Notes: a model not told the origin generated them from the letters alone. Numbered from the stretch's first letter, positions 15,701 through 30,588 are shown. The stretch: 64,000 nucleotides of DNA from Eledone cirrhosa (GCA_964016885.1 OZ024759.1:3038001-3102000), one strand, 5' to 3'. Program-made: numbers and translations.

Positions 15701-18700
15701 CTAGTGTGGTGTGATATAGTGTACTGTAGTCTAGTGTGGTGTAATATAGTGTACTGTAGTCCAGTGTGGTGTGATATAGTGTACTGTAGTCTAGTGTGGT
15801 GTGATATAGTGTACTGTAGTCAAGTTTGGTGTAATATAGTGTACTGTAGTCCAGTGTGGTGTGATATAGTGTACTGTAGTCCAGTGTGGTGTGATATAGT
15901 GTACTGTAGTTTAGTATGGTGTGATATAGTGTACTGTAGTCCAATGTGGTGTGATATAGTGTACTGTAGTCTAGTGTGGTGTGATATAGTGTACTGTAGT
16001 CTAGTGTGGTGTGATATAGTGTACTGTAGTCTAGTGTGGTGTAATGTAGTGTACTGTAGTCCAATGTGGTGTGATATAGTGTACTGTAGTCTAGTGTGGT
16101 GTGATATAGTGTACTGTAGTCTAGTGTGGTGTAATATAGTGTACTGTAGTCCAATGTGGTGTGATATAGTGTACTGTAGTCTAGTGTGGTGTGATATAGT
16201 GTACTGTTGACCAATGTGGTGTGATACTGTAGTCTAACGTGGTGTGATATAGTGTACTGTAGTCTAGTGTGGTGTGATATAGTGTACTGTAGTCCAGTGT
16301 GGTGTGATATAGTGTACTGTAGTCTAATGTAGTGTGATACAGTGTACTGTAGTCTAGTGTGGTGTGATATAGTGTACTGTAGTGTGTGTGGTGTGATACA
16401 GTGTACTGTAGTCTAGTGTGGTGTGATATAGTGTACTGTAGTCCAATGTGGTGTGATATAGTGTACTGTAGTCTAGTGTGGTGTGATATAGTGTACTGTA
16501 GTCTAATGTGGTGTGATATAGTGTACTGAAGTCTAGTGTGGTGTGATATAGTGTACTGTAGTCCAGTGTGGTCTGATATAGTGTACTGTAGACTAGTGTG
16601 GTGTGATATAGTGTACTGTAGTCTAGTGTGGTATGATATAGTGTACTGTAGTCTAGTGTGGTGTGATATAGTGTACTGCAGTTTAGTATGGTGTGATATA
16701 GTGTACTGCAGTCTAGTGTGGTGTGATATAGTGTACTGTAGTCTAATGTGGTGTGATATAGTGTACTGTAGTCTAGTGTGATGTGATATAGTGTACTGTA
16801 GTCTAGTGTGGTGTAATATAGTGTACTGCAGTCTAGTGTGGTGTGATATAGTGTACTGTAGTCTAATGTGGTGTGATATAGTGTACTGTAGTCTAGTGTG
16901 GTGTAATATAGTGTACTGTAGTCCAATGTGGTGTGATATAGTGTACTGTAGTCTAGTGTGGTGTGATATAGTGTACTGTAGTCTAGTGTGGTGTGATATA
17001 GTGTACTGTAGTCTAGTGTGGTGTGATATAGTGTACTGTAGTCTAGTGTGGTGTGATATAGTGTACTGTAGTCTAGTGTGGTGTGATATAATGTACTGTA
17101 GTCCAATGTGGTGTGATATAGTGTACTGTAGTCTAGTGTGGTGTAATATAGTGTACTGCAGTCTAGTGTGGTGTGATATAGTGTACTGTAGTCTAATGTG
17201 GTGTGATATAGTGTACTGTAGTCTAGTGTGGTGTAATATAGTGTACTGTAGTCCAATGTGGTGTGATATAGTGTACTGTAGTCTAGTGTGGTGTGATATA
17301 GTGTACTGTAGTCTAGTGTGGTGTGATATAGTGTACTGTAGTCTAGTGTAGTGTGATATAGTGTACTGTAGTCTAGTGTGGTGTGATATAGTGTACTGTA
17401 GTCTAGTGTGGTGTGATATAATGTACTGTAGTCCAATGTGGTGTGATATAGTGTACTGTAGTCCAATGTGGTGTGATATAGTGTACTGTAGTCTAGTGTG
17501 GTGTGATATAGTGTACTGTAGTCTAGTGTGGTGTGATATAGTGTACTGTAGTCTAGTGTGGTGTGATATAGTGTACTGTAGTCCAATGTGGTGTGATACT
17601 GTAGTCTAATGTGGTGTGATATAGTGTACTGTAGTCCAGTGTGGTGTGATATAGTGTACTGTAGTCTAGTGTGGTGTGATATAGTGTACTGTAGTCCAGT
17701 GTGGTGTGATATAGTGTACTGTAGTCTAATGTAGTGTGATATAGTGTACTGTAGTCTAGTGTGGTATGATATAGTGTACTGTAGTCTAGTGTGGTATGAT
17801 ATAGTGTACTGTAGTCTAGTGTGGTGTGATATAGTGTACTGTAGTCTAGTGTGGTGTGATATAGTGTACTGTAGTCTAGTGTGGTGTGATATAGTGTACT
17901 GCAGTTTAGTATGGTGTGATATAGTGTACTGTAGTCTAGTGCGGTGTGATATAGTGTACTGTAGTCCAGTGTGGTGTGATATAGTGTACTGTAGTCTAAT
18001 GTGGTGTGATATAGTGTACTGTAGTTTAGTATGGTGTGATATAGTGTACTGTAGTCTAATGTGGTGTGATATAGTGTACTGTAGTCTAGTGTGGTGTAAT
18101 ATAGTGTACTGTAGTCTAGTGTGGTGTGATATAGTGTACTGTAGTCTAGTGTGGTGTAATATAGTGTACTGTAGTCTAGTGTGGTGTAATATAGTGTACT
18201 GTAGTCTAGTGTGGTGTGATATAGTGTACTGTAGTCTAGTGTGGTGTAATATAGTGTACTGTAGTCTAGTGTGGTGTGATATAGTGTACTGTAGTCTAGT
18301 GTGGTGTGATATAGTGTACTGTAGTTTAGTATGGTGTGATATAGTGTACTGTAGTTTAGTATGGTGTGATATAGTGTACTGTAGTTTAGTATGGTGTGAT
18401 ATAGTGTACTGTAGTTTAGTATGGTGTGATATAGTGTACTGCAGTCTAGTGTGGTGTGATATAGTGTACTGTAGTTTAGTATGGTGTGATATAGTGTACT
18501 GTAGTTTAGTATGGTGTGATATAGTGTACTGCAGTCTAGTGTGGTGTGATATAGTGTACTGTAGTCTAATGTGGTGTGATATAGTGTACTGTAGTTTAGT
18601 GTGGTGTGATATAGTGTACTGTAGTCTAGTGTGGTGTGATATAGTGTACTGTAGTCTAGTGTGGTGTGATATAGTGTACTGTAGTCTAGTGTGGTGTAAT

Positions 18701-21700
18701 ATAGTGTACTGTAGTCTAGTGTGGTGTAATATAGTGTACTGTAGTCCAATGTGGTGTGATATAGTGTACTGTAGTCTAGTGTGGTGTGATATAGTGTACT
18801 GTAGTCTAGTGTGGTGTGATATAGTGTACTGTAGTCTAGTGTGGTGTGATATACTGTACTGTAGTCTAGTGTGGTGTGATATAGTGTACTGTAGTCTAGT
18901 GTGGTGTGATATAGTGTACTGCAGTTTAGTATGGTGTGATATAGTGTACTGTGGTGTGATATTGTGTACTGTAGTCTAGTGTGGTGTGATATAGTGTACT
19001 GTAGTCTAGTGTGGTGTGATATAGTGTACTGTAGTCTAGTGTGGTGTGATATAGTGTACTGCAGTTTAGTATGGTGTGATATAGTGTACTGTGGTGTGAT
19101 ATAGTGTACTGTAGTCCAGTGTGGTGTGATATAGTGTACTGTAGTCTAGTGTGGTGTGATATAGTGTACTGTAGTCTAGTGTGGTGTGATATAGTGTACT
19201 GTAGTCCAATGTGGTGTGATACTGTAGTCTAATGTGGTGTGATATAGTGTACTGTAGTCCAGTGTGGTGTGATATAGTGTACTGTAGTCTAGTGTGGTGT
19301 GATATAGTGTACTGTAGTCTAATGTGGTGTGAAATAGTGTACTGTAGTCTAGTGTGGTGTGATATAGTGTACTGTAGTCCAGTGTGGTGTGATATAGTGT
19401 ACTGTAGTCTAGTGTGGTGTGATATAGTGTACTGTAGTCCAGTGTGGTGTGATATAGTGTACTGTAGTCTAGTGTGGTGTGATATAGTGTACTGTAGTCT
19501 AGTGTGGTGTGATATAGTGTACTGCAGTTTAGTATGGTGTGATATAGTGTACTGCAGTCTAGTGTGGTGTGATATAGTGTACTGTAGTCTAGTGTGGTGT
19601 AATATAGTGTACTGTAGTCCAATATGGTGTGATATAGTGTACTGTAGTCTAGTGTGGTGTGATATAGTGTACTGTAGTCTAGTGTGGTGTGATATAGTGT
19701 ACTGTAGTCTAGTGTGGTGTAATATAGTGTACTGTAGTCTAGTGTGGTGTGATATAGTGTACTGTAGTCTAGTGTGGTGTGATATAGTGTACTGTAGTCT
19801 AGTGTGGTGTGATATAGTGTACTGCAGTTTAGTATGGTGTGATATAGTGTACTGCAGTCTAGTGTGGTGTGATATAGTGTACTGTAGTCTAGTGTGGTGT
19901 GATATAGTGTACTGTAGTCCAATGTGGTGTGATATAGTGTACTGTAGTCTAGTGTGGTGTGATATAGTGTACTGTAGTCTAGTGTGGTGTGATATAGTGT
20001 ACTGTAGTCTAGTGTGGTGTGATATAGTGTACTGTAGTCCAATGTGGTGTGATACTGTAGTCTAATGTGGTGTGATATAGTGTACTGTAGTCTAGTGTGG
20101 TGTGATATAGTGTACTGTAGTCCAGTGTGGTGTGATATAGTGTACTGTAGTCTAATGTAGTGTGATATAGTGTACTGTAGTCTAGTGTGGTATGATATAG
20201 TGTACTGTAGTCTAGTGTGGTGTGATATAGTGTACTGTAGTCTAGTGTGGTGTGATATAGTGTACTGTAGTCTAGTGTGGTGTGATATAATGTACTGTAG
20301 TCCAATGTGGTGTGATATAGTGTGCTGTAGTCTAGTGTGGTGTGATATAGTGTACTGTAGTCCAATGTGGTGTGATATAGTGTACTGTAGTCTAGTGTGG
20401 TGTGATATAGTGTACTGTAGTCCAATGTGGTGTGATATAGTGTACTGTAGTCTAGTGTGGTGTGATATAGTGTACTGTAGTCTAGTGTGGTGTGATATAG
20501 TGTACTGCAGTTTAGTATGGTGTGATATAGTGTACTGCAGTCTAGTGTGGTGTGATATAGTGTACTGTAGTCTAATGTGGTGTGATATAGTGTACTGTAG
20601 TCTAGTGTGGTGTGATATAGTGTACTGTAGTCTAGTGTGGTATGATATAGTATACTGTAGTCTAGTGTGGTGTAATATAGTGTACTGTAGTCCAATGTGG
20701 TGTGATATAGTGTACTGTAGTCTAGTGTGGTGTGATATAGTGTACTGTAGTCTAGTGTGGTGTGATATAGTGTACTGTAGTCTAGTGTGGTGTGATATAG
20801 TATACTGTAGTCTAGTGTGGTGTGATATAGTGTACTGTAGTCTAGTGTGGTGTGATATAGTGTACTGTAGTCTAATGTGGTGTAATATAGTGTACTGTAG
20901 TCCAATGTGGTGTGATATAGTGTACTGTAGTCTAGTGTGGTGTGATATAGTGTACTGTAGTCTAGTGTGGTGTAATATAGTGTACTGTAGTCCAATGTGG
21001 TGTGATATAGTGTACTGTAGTCTAGTGTGGTGTGATATAGTGTACTGTAGTCTAGTGTGGTGTAATATAGTGTACTGTAGTCCAATGTGGTGTGATATAG
21101 TGTACTGTAGTCTAGTGTGGTGTGATATAGTGTACTGTAGTCTAGTGTGGTGTGATATAGTGTACTGTAGTCCAATGTGGTGTGATACTGTAGTCTAATG
21201 TGGTGTGATATAGTGTACTGTAGTCTAGTGTGGTGTGATATAGTGTACTGTAGTCCAATGTGGTGTGATACTGTAGTCTAATGTGGTGTGATATAGTGTA
21301 CTGTAATCCAGTGTGGTGTGATATAGTGTACTGTAGTCTAATGTAGTGTGATATAGTGTACTGTAGTCTAGTGTGGTATGATATAGTGTACTGTAGTCTA
21401 GTGTGGTGTGATATAGTGTACTGTAGTCTAGTGTGGTGTGATATAGTGTACTGTAGTCTAGTGTGGTGTGATATAATGTACTGTAGTCCAATGTGGTTTG
21501 ATATAGTGTGCTGTAGTCTAGTGTGGTGTGATATAGTGTACTGTAGTCCAATGTGGTGTGATATAGTGTACTGTAGTCTAGTGTGGTGTGATATAGTGTA
21601 CTGTAGTCCAATGTGGTGTGATATAGTGTACTGTAGTCTAGTGTGGTGTGATATAGTGTACTGTAGTCTAGTGTGGTGTGATATAGTGTACTGTAGTCCA

Positions 21701-23559
21701 ATGTGGTGTGATACTGTAGTCTAATGTGGTGTGATATAGTGTACTGTAGTCTAGTGTGGTGTGATATAGTATACTGTAGTCTAGTGTGGTGTAATATAGT
21801 GTACTGTAGTCCAATGTGGTGTGATATAGTGTACTGTAGTCTAGTGTGGTGTGATATAGTGTACTGTAGTCTAGTGTGGTGTGATATAGTGTACTGTAGT
21901 CTAGTGTGGTGTAATATAGTGTACTGTAGTCCAATGTGGTGTGATATAGTGTACTGTAGTCTAGTGTGGTGTGATATAGTGTACTGTAGTCTAGTGTGGT
22001 GTAATATAGTGTACTGTAGTCCAATGTGGTGTGATATAGTGTACTGTAGTCTAGTGTGGTGTGATATAGTGTACTGTAGTCTAGTGTGGTGTGATATAGT
22101 GTACTGTAGTCTAGTGTGGTGTGATATAATGTACTGTAGTCCAATGTGGTGTGATACTGTAGTCTAATGTGGTGTGATATAGTGTACTGTAGTCTAGTGT
22201 GGTGTGATATAGTGTACTGTAGTCCAGTGTGGTGTGATATAGTGTACTGTAGTCTAATGTAGTGTGATATAGTGTACTGTAGTCTAGTGTGATATGATAT
22301 AGTGTACTGTAGTCTAGTGTGGTGTGATATAGTGTACTGTAGCCTAGTGTGGTGTGATATAATGTACTGTAGTCCAATGTGGTGTGATATAGTGTACTGT
22401 AGTCTAGTGTGGTGTGATATAGTGTACTGTAGTCCAATGTGGTGTGATATAGTGTACTGTAGTCTAGTGTGGTGTGATATAGTGTACTGTAGTCCAATGT
22501 GGTGTGATATAGTGTACTGTAGTCTAGTGTGGTGTGATATAGTGTACTGTAGTCTAGTGTGGTGTGATATAGTGTACTGTAGTCTAGTGTGGTGTGATAT
22601 AGTGTACTGTAGTCCAATGTGGTGTGATATAGTGTACTGTAGTCTAGTGTGGTGTGATATAGTGTACTGTAGTCTAGTGTGGTGTGATATAGTGTACTGT
22701 AGTCTAGTGTGGTGTGATATAGTGTACTGTAGTCCAGTGTGGTGTGATATAGTGTACTGTAGTCCAGTGTGGTGTGATATAGTGTACTGTAGTCTAGTGG
22801 GTGTGATATAGTGTACTGTAGTCCAGTATGGTGTGATATAGTGTACTGTAGTCTAATGTGGTGTGATATAGTGTACTGTAGTCCAGTGTGGTGTGATATA
22901 GTGTACTGTAGTCTAGTGTGGTGTGATATAGTGTACTGTAGTCCAATGTGGTGTGATATAGTGTACTGTAGTCTAGTGTGGTGTGATATAGTGTACTGTA
23001 GTCTAGTGTGGTGTGATATAGTGTACTGTAGTCCAATGTGGTGTGATATAGTGTACTGTAGTCTAGTGGGTGTGATATAGTGTACTGTAGTCTAGTGTGG
23101 AGTGATATAGTGTACTGTAGTTTAGTGTGGTGTGATATAGTGTACTGTAGTCTAGTGTGGTGTGATATAGTGTACTGTAGTCTAGTGTGGTGTGATATAG
23201 TGTACTGTAGTCTAGTGGGGTGTGATATAGTGTACTGTAGTCTAGTGTGGTGTGATATAGTGTACTGTAGTCTAGTGTGGTGTGATATAGTGTACTGTAG
23301 TCCAGTGTGGTGTGATATAGTGTACTGTAGTCTAGTGTGGTGTGATATAGTGTACTGTAGTCCAGTGTGGTGTGATATAGTGTACTGTAGTCTAGTGGGT
23401 GTGATATAGTGTACTGTAGTCTAGTGTGGTGTGATATAGTGTACTGTAGTTTAGTGTGGTGTGATATAGTGTACTGTAGTCTAGTGTGGTGTGATATAAT
23501 GTACTGTAGTCTAGTGTGGTGTGATATAGTGTACTGTAGTCTAGTGTGGTGTGATATAG

Positions 23560-26500
23560 TGTACTGTAGTCTAGTGTGGTGTGATATAGTGTACTGTAGT
23601 CCAGTGTGGTGTGATATAGTGTACTGTAGTCTAGTGTGGTGTGATATAGTGTACTGTAGTCCAGTGTGGTGTGATATAGTGTACTGTAGTCTAATGTGGT
23701 GTGATATAGTGTACTGTAGTCTAGTGTTGTGTGATATAGTCTACGGTAGTCTAATGTGGTGTGATATAGTGTACTGTAGTCTAGTGTGGTGTGATATAGT
23801 GTACTGTAGTCTAATGTGGTGTGATATAGTGTACTGTAGTCTAGTGTGGTGTGATATAGTGTACTGTAGTCCAGTGTGGTGTGATATAGTGTACTGTAGT
23901 CCAGTGTGGTGTGATATAGTGTACTGTAGTCCAATGTGGTGTGATATAGTGTACTGTAGTCTAGTGTGGTGTGATATAGTGTACTGTAGTCTAGTGTGGT
24001 GTGATATAGTGTACTGTAGTCTAGTGTGGTGTGATATAGTATACTGTAGTCTAGTGTGGTGTAATATAGTGTACTGTAGTCCAATGTGGTGTGATATAGT
24101 GTACTGTAGTCTAGTGTGGTGTGATATAGTGTACTGTAGTCTAGTGTGGTGTGATATAGTGTACTGTAGTCTAGTGTGGTGTGATATAGTGTACTGTAGT
24201 CTAGTGTGGTGTGATATAGTGCACTGTAGTCCAATGTGGTGTGATATAGTGTACTGTAGTCTAGTGTGGTGTGATATAGTGTACTGTAGTCTAATGTGGT
24301 GTAATATAGTGTACTGTAGTCTAGTGTGGTGTGATATAGTGTACTGTAGTCCAATGTGGTGTGATATAGTGCACTGTAGTCCAATGTGGTGTGATATAGT
24401 GTACTGTAGTCTAGTGTGGTGTGATATAGTGTACTGTAGTCTAGTGTGGTGTGATATAGTGTACTGTAGTCTAGTGTGGTGTGATATAGTGTACTGTAGT
24501 CTAGTGTGGTGTGATATAGTGCACTGTAGTCCAGTGTGGTGTGATATAGTGTACTGTAGTCTAGTGTGGTGTGATATAGTGTACTGTAGTCTAGTGTGGT
24601 ATGATATAGTGTACTGTAGTCTAATGTGGTGTAATATAGTGTACTGTAGTCTAGTGTGGTGTGATATAGTGTACTGTAGTCCAGTGTGGTGTGATATAGT
24701 GTACTGTAGTCCAATGTGGTGTAATATAGTGTACTATAGTCTAGTGTGGTGTAATATAGTGTACTGTAGTCCAGTGTGGTGTGATATAGTGTACTGTAGT
24801 CTAGTGTGGTGTGATATAGTGTACTGTAGTCCAATGTGGTGTGATATAGTGTACTGTAGTCTAGTGTGGTGTAATATAGTGTACTGTAGTCCAGTGTGGT
24901 GTGATATAGTGTACTGTAGTCTAGTGTGGTGTGATATAGTGTACTGTAGTCTAGTGTGGTGTGATATAGTGTACTGTAGTCTAATGTGGTGTGATATAGT
25001 GTACTGTAGTCTAGTGTGGTGTAATATAGTGTACTGTAGTCCAATGTGGTGTGATATAGTGTACTGTAGTCTAGTGTGGTGTGATATAGTGTACTGTAGT
25101 CCAATGTGGTGTGATATAGTGTACTGTAGTCTAGTGTGGTGTGATATAGTGTACTGTAGTCTAGTGTGGTGTGATATAGTGTACTGTAGTCCAATGTTGT
25201 GTGATACTGTAGTCTAATGTGGTGTGATATAGTGTACTGTAGTCCAATGTGGTGTGATATAGTGTACTGTAGTCCAGTGTGGTGTGATATAGTGTACTGT
25301 AGTCTAATGTAGTGTGATATAGTGTACTGTAGTCTAGTGTGGTATGATATAGTGTACTGTAGTCTAGTGTGGTGTGATATAGTGTACTGTAGTCTAGTGT
25401 GGTGTGATATAATGTACTGTAGTCCAATGTGTTGTGATATAGTGTGCTGTTGTCTAGTGTGGTGTGATATAGTGTACTGTAGTCCAATGTGGTGTGATAT
25501 AGTGTACTGTAGTCTAGTGTGGTGTGATATAGTGTACTGTAGTCTAGTGTGGTGTGATATAGTGTACTGTAGTCTAGTGTGGTGTGATATAGTGTACTGT
25601 AGTCTAGTGTGGTGTGATATAGTGTACTGTAGTTTAGTATGGTGTGATATAGTGTACTGTAGTCTAGTGTGGTGTGATATAGTGTACTGCAGTTTAGTAT
25701 GGTGTGATATAGTGTACTGCAGTCTAGTGTGGTGTGATATAGTGTACTGTAGTCTAATGTGGTGTGATATAGTGTACTGTAGTCTAGTGTGGTGTGATAT
25801 AGTGTACTGTAGTCTAGTGTGGTGTGATATAGTGTACTGTAGTCTAGTGTGGTGTGATATAGTGTACTGTAGTTTAGTATGGTGTGATATAGTGTACTGT
25901 AGTCTAGTGTGGTGTGATATAGTGTACTGCAGTTTAGTATGGTGTGATATAGTGTACTGCAGTCTAGTGTGGTGTGATATAGTGTACTGTAGTCTAGTGT
26001 GGTGTGATATAGTGTACTGTAGTCAAGTTTGGTGTAATATAGTGTACTGTAGTCCAGTGTGGTGTGATATAGTGTACTGTAGTCTAATGTGGTGTGATAT
26101 AGTGTACTGTTGTCCAATGTGGTCTGATACTGTAGTCTAATGTGGTGTGATATAGTGTACTGTAGTCTAGTGTGGTGTGATATAGTGTACTGTAGTGTGA
26201 TATAGTGTACTGTAGTCTAGTGTGGTGTAATATAGTGTACTGTAGTGTGATATAGTGTACTGTAGTCTAGTGTGGTGTGATATAGTGTACTGTAGTCTAG
26301 TGTGGTGTGATATAGTGTACTGTAGTCTAGTGTGGTGTGATATAGTGTACTGTAGTCTAATGTGGTGTGATATAGTGTACTGTTGTCCAATGTGGTCTGA
26401 TACTGTAGTCTAATGTGGTGTGATATAGTGTACTGTAGTCTAGTGTGGTGTGATATAGTGTACTGTAGTCCAATGTGGTGTGATACTGTAGTCTAATGTG

Positions 26501-29500
26501 GTGTGATATAGTGTACTGTAGTCTAGTGTGGTGTGATATAGTGTACTGTAGTCCAATGTGGTGTGATACTGTAGTCTAATGTGGTGTGATATAGTGTACT
26601 GTAGTCTAGTGTGGTTTGCATATAGTGTACTGTAGTCCAATGTGGTGTGATACTGTAGTCTAATGTGGTGTGATATAGTGTACTGTAGTCTAGTGTGGTG
26701 TGATATAGTGTACTGTAGTCCAATGTGGTGTGATACTGTAGTCTAATGTGGTGTGATATAGTGTACTGTAGTCTAGTGTGGTGTGATATAGTGTACTGTA
26801 GTCCAGTGTGGTGTGATATAGTGTACTGTAGTCTAGTGTGGTGTGATATAGTGTACTGTAGTCCAGTGTGGTGTGATATAGTGTACTGTAGTCTAATGTG
26901 GTGTGACATAGTGTACTGTAGTCTAGTGTTGTGTGATATAGTCTACGGTAGTCTAATGTGGTGTGATATAGTGTACTGTAGTCTAGTGTGGTGTGATATA
27001 GTGTACTGTAGTCTAATGTGGTGTGATATAGTGTACTGTAGTCTAGTGTGGTGTGATATAGTGTACTGTAGTCCAGTGTGGTGTGATATAGTGTACTGTA
27101 GTCCAGTGTGGTGTGATATAGTGTACTGTAGTCCAATGTGGTGTGATATAGTGTACTGTAGTCTAGTGTGGTGTGATATAGTGTACTGTAGTCTAGTGTG
27201 GTGTGATATAGTGTACTGTAGTCTAGTGTGGTGTGATATAGTATACTGTAGTCTAGTGTGGTGTAATATAGTGTACTGTAGTCCAATGTGGTGTGATATA
27301 GTGTACTGTAGTCTAGTGTGGTGTGATATAGTGTACTGTAGTCTAGTGTGGTGTGATATAGTGTACTGTAGTCTAGTGTGGTGTGATATAGTGTACTGTA
27401 GTCTAGTGTGGTGTGATATAGTGCACTGTAGTCCAATGTGGTGTGATATAGTGTACTGTAGTCTAATGTGGTGTAATATAGTGTACTGTAGTCTAGTGTG
27501 GTGTGATATAGTGTACTGTAGTCCAATGTGGTGTGATATAGTGCACTGTAGTCCAATGTGGTGTGATATAGTGTACTGTAGTCTAGTGTGGTGTGATATA
27601 GTGTACTGTAGTCTAGTGTGGTGTGATATAGTGTACTGTAGTCTAGTGTGGTGTGATATAGTGTACTGTAGTCTAGTGTGGTGTGATATAGTGCACTGTA
27701 GTCCAGTGTGGTGTGATATAGTGTACTGTAGTCTAGTGTGGTGTGATATAGTGTACTGTAGTCTAGTGTGGTATGATATAGTGTACTGTAGTCTAATGTG
27801 GTGTAATATAGTGTACTGTAGTCTAGTGTGGTGTGATATAGTGTACTGTAGTCCAGTGTGGTGTGATATAGTGTACTGTAGTCCAATGTGGTGTAATATA
27901 GTGTACTATAGTCTAGTGTGGTGTAATATAGTGTACTGTAGTCCAGTGTGGTGTGATATAGTGTACTGTAGTCTAGTGTGGTGTGATATAGTGTACTGTA
28001 GTCCAATGTGGTGTGATATAGTGTACTGTAGTCTAGTGTGGTGTAATATAGTGTACTGTAGTCCAGTGTGGTGTGATATAGTGTACTGTAGTCTAGTGTG
28101 GTGTGATATAGTGTACTGTAGTCTAGTGTGGTGTGATATAGTGTACTGTAGTCTAATGTGGTGTGATATAGTGTACTGTAGTCTAGTGTGGTGTAATATA
28201 GTGTACTGTAGTCCAATGTGGTGTGATATAGTGTACTGTAGTCTAGTGTGGTGTGATATAGTGTACTGTAGTCCAATGTGGTGTGATATAGTGTACTGTA
28301 GTCTAGTGTGGTGTGATATAGTGTACTGTAGTCTAGTGTGGTGTGATATAGTGTACTGTAGTCCAATGTTGTGTGATACTGTAGTCTAATGTGGTGTGAT
28401 ATAGTGTACTGTAGTCCAATGTGGTGTGATATAGTGTACTGTAGTCCAGTGTGGTGTGATATAGTGTACTGTAGTCTAATGTAGTGTGATATAGTGTACT
28501 GTAGTCTAGTGTGGTATGATATAGTGTACTGTAGTCTAGTGTGGTGTGATATAGTGTACTGTAGTCTAGTGTGGTGTGATATAATGTACTGTAGTCCAAT
28601 GTGTTGTGATATAGTGTGCTGTTGTCTAGTGTGGTGTGATATAGTGTACTGTAGTCCAATGTGGTGTGATATAGTGTACTGTAGTCTAGTGTGGTGTGAT
28701 ATAGTGTACTGTAGTCTAGTGTGGTGTGATATAGTGTACTGTAGTCTAGTGTGGTGTGATATAGTGTACTGTAGTTTAGTATGGTGTGATATAGTGTACT
28801 GTAGTCTAGTGTGGTGTGATATAGTGTACTGCAGTTTAGTATGGTGTGATATAGTGTACTGCAGTCTAGTGTGGTGTGATATAGTGTACTGTAGTCTAAT
28901 GTGGTGTGATATAGTGTACTGTAGTCTAGTGTGGTGTGATATAGTGTACTGTAGTCTAGTGTGGTGTGATATAGTGTACTGTAGTCTAGTGTGGTGTGAT
29001 ATAGTGTACTGTAGTTTAGTATGGTGTGATATAGTGTACTGTAGTCTAGTGTGGTGTGATATAGTGTACTGCAGTTTAGTATGGTGTGATATAGTGTACT
29101 GCAGTCTAGTGTGGTGTGATATAGTGTACTGTAGTCTAGTGTGGTGTGATATAGTGTACTGTAGTCAAGTTTGGTGTAATATAGTGTACTGTAGTCCAGT
29201 GTGGTGTGATATAGTGTACTGTAGTCTAATGTGGTGTGATATAGTGTACTGTTGTCCAATGTGGTCTGATACTGTAGTCTAATGTGGTGTGATATAGTGT
29301 ACTGTAGTCTAGTGTGGTGTGATATAGTGTACTGTAGTGTGATATAGTGTACTGTAGTCTAGTGTGGTGTAATATAGTGTACTGTAGTGTGATATAGTGT
29401 ACTGTAGTCTAGTGTGGTGTGATATAGTGTACTGTAGTCTAGTGTGGTGTGATATAGTGTACTGTAGTCTAGTGTGGTGTGATATAGTGTACTGTAGTCT

Positions 29501-29870
29501 AATGTGGTGTGATATAGTGTACTGTTGTCCAATGTGGTCTGATACTGTAGTCTAATGTGGTGTGATATAGTGTACTGTAGTCTAGTGTGGTGTGATATAG
29601 TGTACTGTAGTCCAATGTGGTGTGATACTGTAGTCTAATGTGGTGTGATATAGTGTACTGTAGTCTAGTGTGGTGTGATATAGTGTACTGTAGTCCAATG
29701 TGGTGTGATACTGTAGTCTAATGTGGTGTGATATAGTGTACTGTAGTCTAGTGTGGTTTGCATATAGTGTACTGTAGTCCAATGTGGTGTGATACTGTAG
29801 TCTAATGTGGTGTGATATAGTGTACTGTAGTCTAGTGTGGTGTGATATAGTGTACTGTAGTCCAATGTGG
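23560..29870. repeat. Higher-order duplication within the satellite, period ~3.14-3.2 kb
   Basis: Rare variants (ctacggtag, gtttgcatatag) recur. ORF-track offsets of 3172 (25322/28494) and 3142 (26440/29582). Confidence 0.88.
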
Positions 29871-30588
29871 TGTGATACTGTAGTCTAATGTGGTGTGATA
29901 TAGTGTACTGTAGTCTAGTGTGGTGTGATATAGTGTACTGTAGTCCAATGTGGTGTGATACTGTAGTCTAATGTGGTGTGATATAGTGTACTGTAGTCTA
30001 GTGTGGTGTGATATAGTGTACTGTAGTCTAGTGTGGTGTGATATAGTGTACTGTAGTCCAATGTGGTGTGATACTGTAGTCTAATGTGGTGTGATATAGT
30101 GTACTGTAGTCCAGTGTGGTGTGATATAGTGTACTGTAGTTTAGTATAGTGGGATATAGTGTGTTGCGGTGGAGTATAGTCGGATTGTAGGTAATGTGTG
30201 TATAAAACCATGAATTACCAACAGTGGACTCAGTCTTCTTTTTTTTTCTTACTGCACCAATAATTATTCTACTATATATATATATATAAAACATACTTTT
30301 GCTCACAGCTTCATATTTACAAGCAAAAACACACAAACACATCCATCCTCTTAGCTTTGTACGGACATATAATAACACAAACGCATACGCGTATAGGCAA
30401 ACGTCTTTTTTACATTTCAGGTAGACGTGCTCCATTATCCACTTTTCTAAAAAGGTATATCATACACAAAACGCCACCAATAGTTTTCCAACAGATGGCA
30501 ACATGAATGGACCTGTTATTTTTCTTCAAAGACATTTTTTCTGATTCCGTTCTGCTTGTCCCTTCAATCTTTCTAAATTATTATTCTT

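Larger units (their letters stand above)
1..30170. repeat. 30-bp tandem satellite, ~1000 monomers, consensus GTCTAGTGTGGTGTGATATAGTGTACTGTA; continues beyond the left window edge
   Basis: Direct 30-bp periodicity. Monomer parses as pentamers GTCTA-GTGTG-GTGTG-ATATA-GTGTA-CTGTA. Degenerates at ~30140-30200. Confidence 0.99.

Noticed and set aside
1-30170. CRISPR array or telomeric repeat
   Set aside because: Units are contiguous with no spacers and no cas genes; eukaryotic context; no TTAGGG-type repeat despite the GT skew.
6-30211. Long ORFs (WCDIVYCSLV, DYSTLYHTTL and LQYTISHHTR repeats, up to 1332 aa)
   Set aside because: Translations of a 30-bp satellite that lacks stops in several frames on both strands; indels shift frames freely, so there is no sign of coding constraint.
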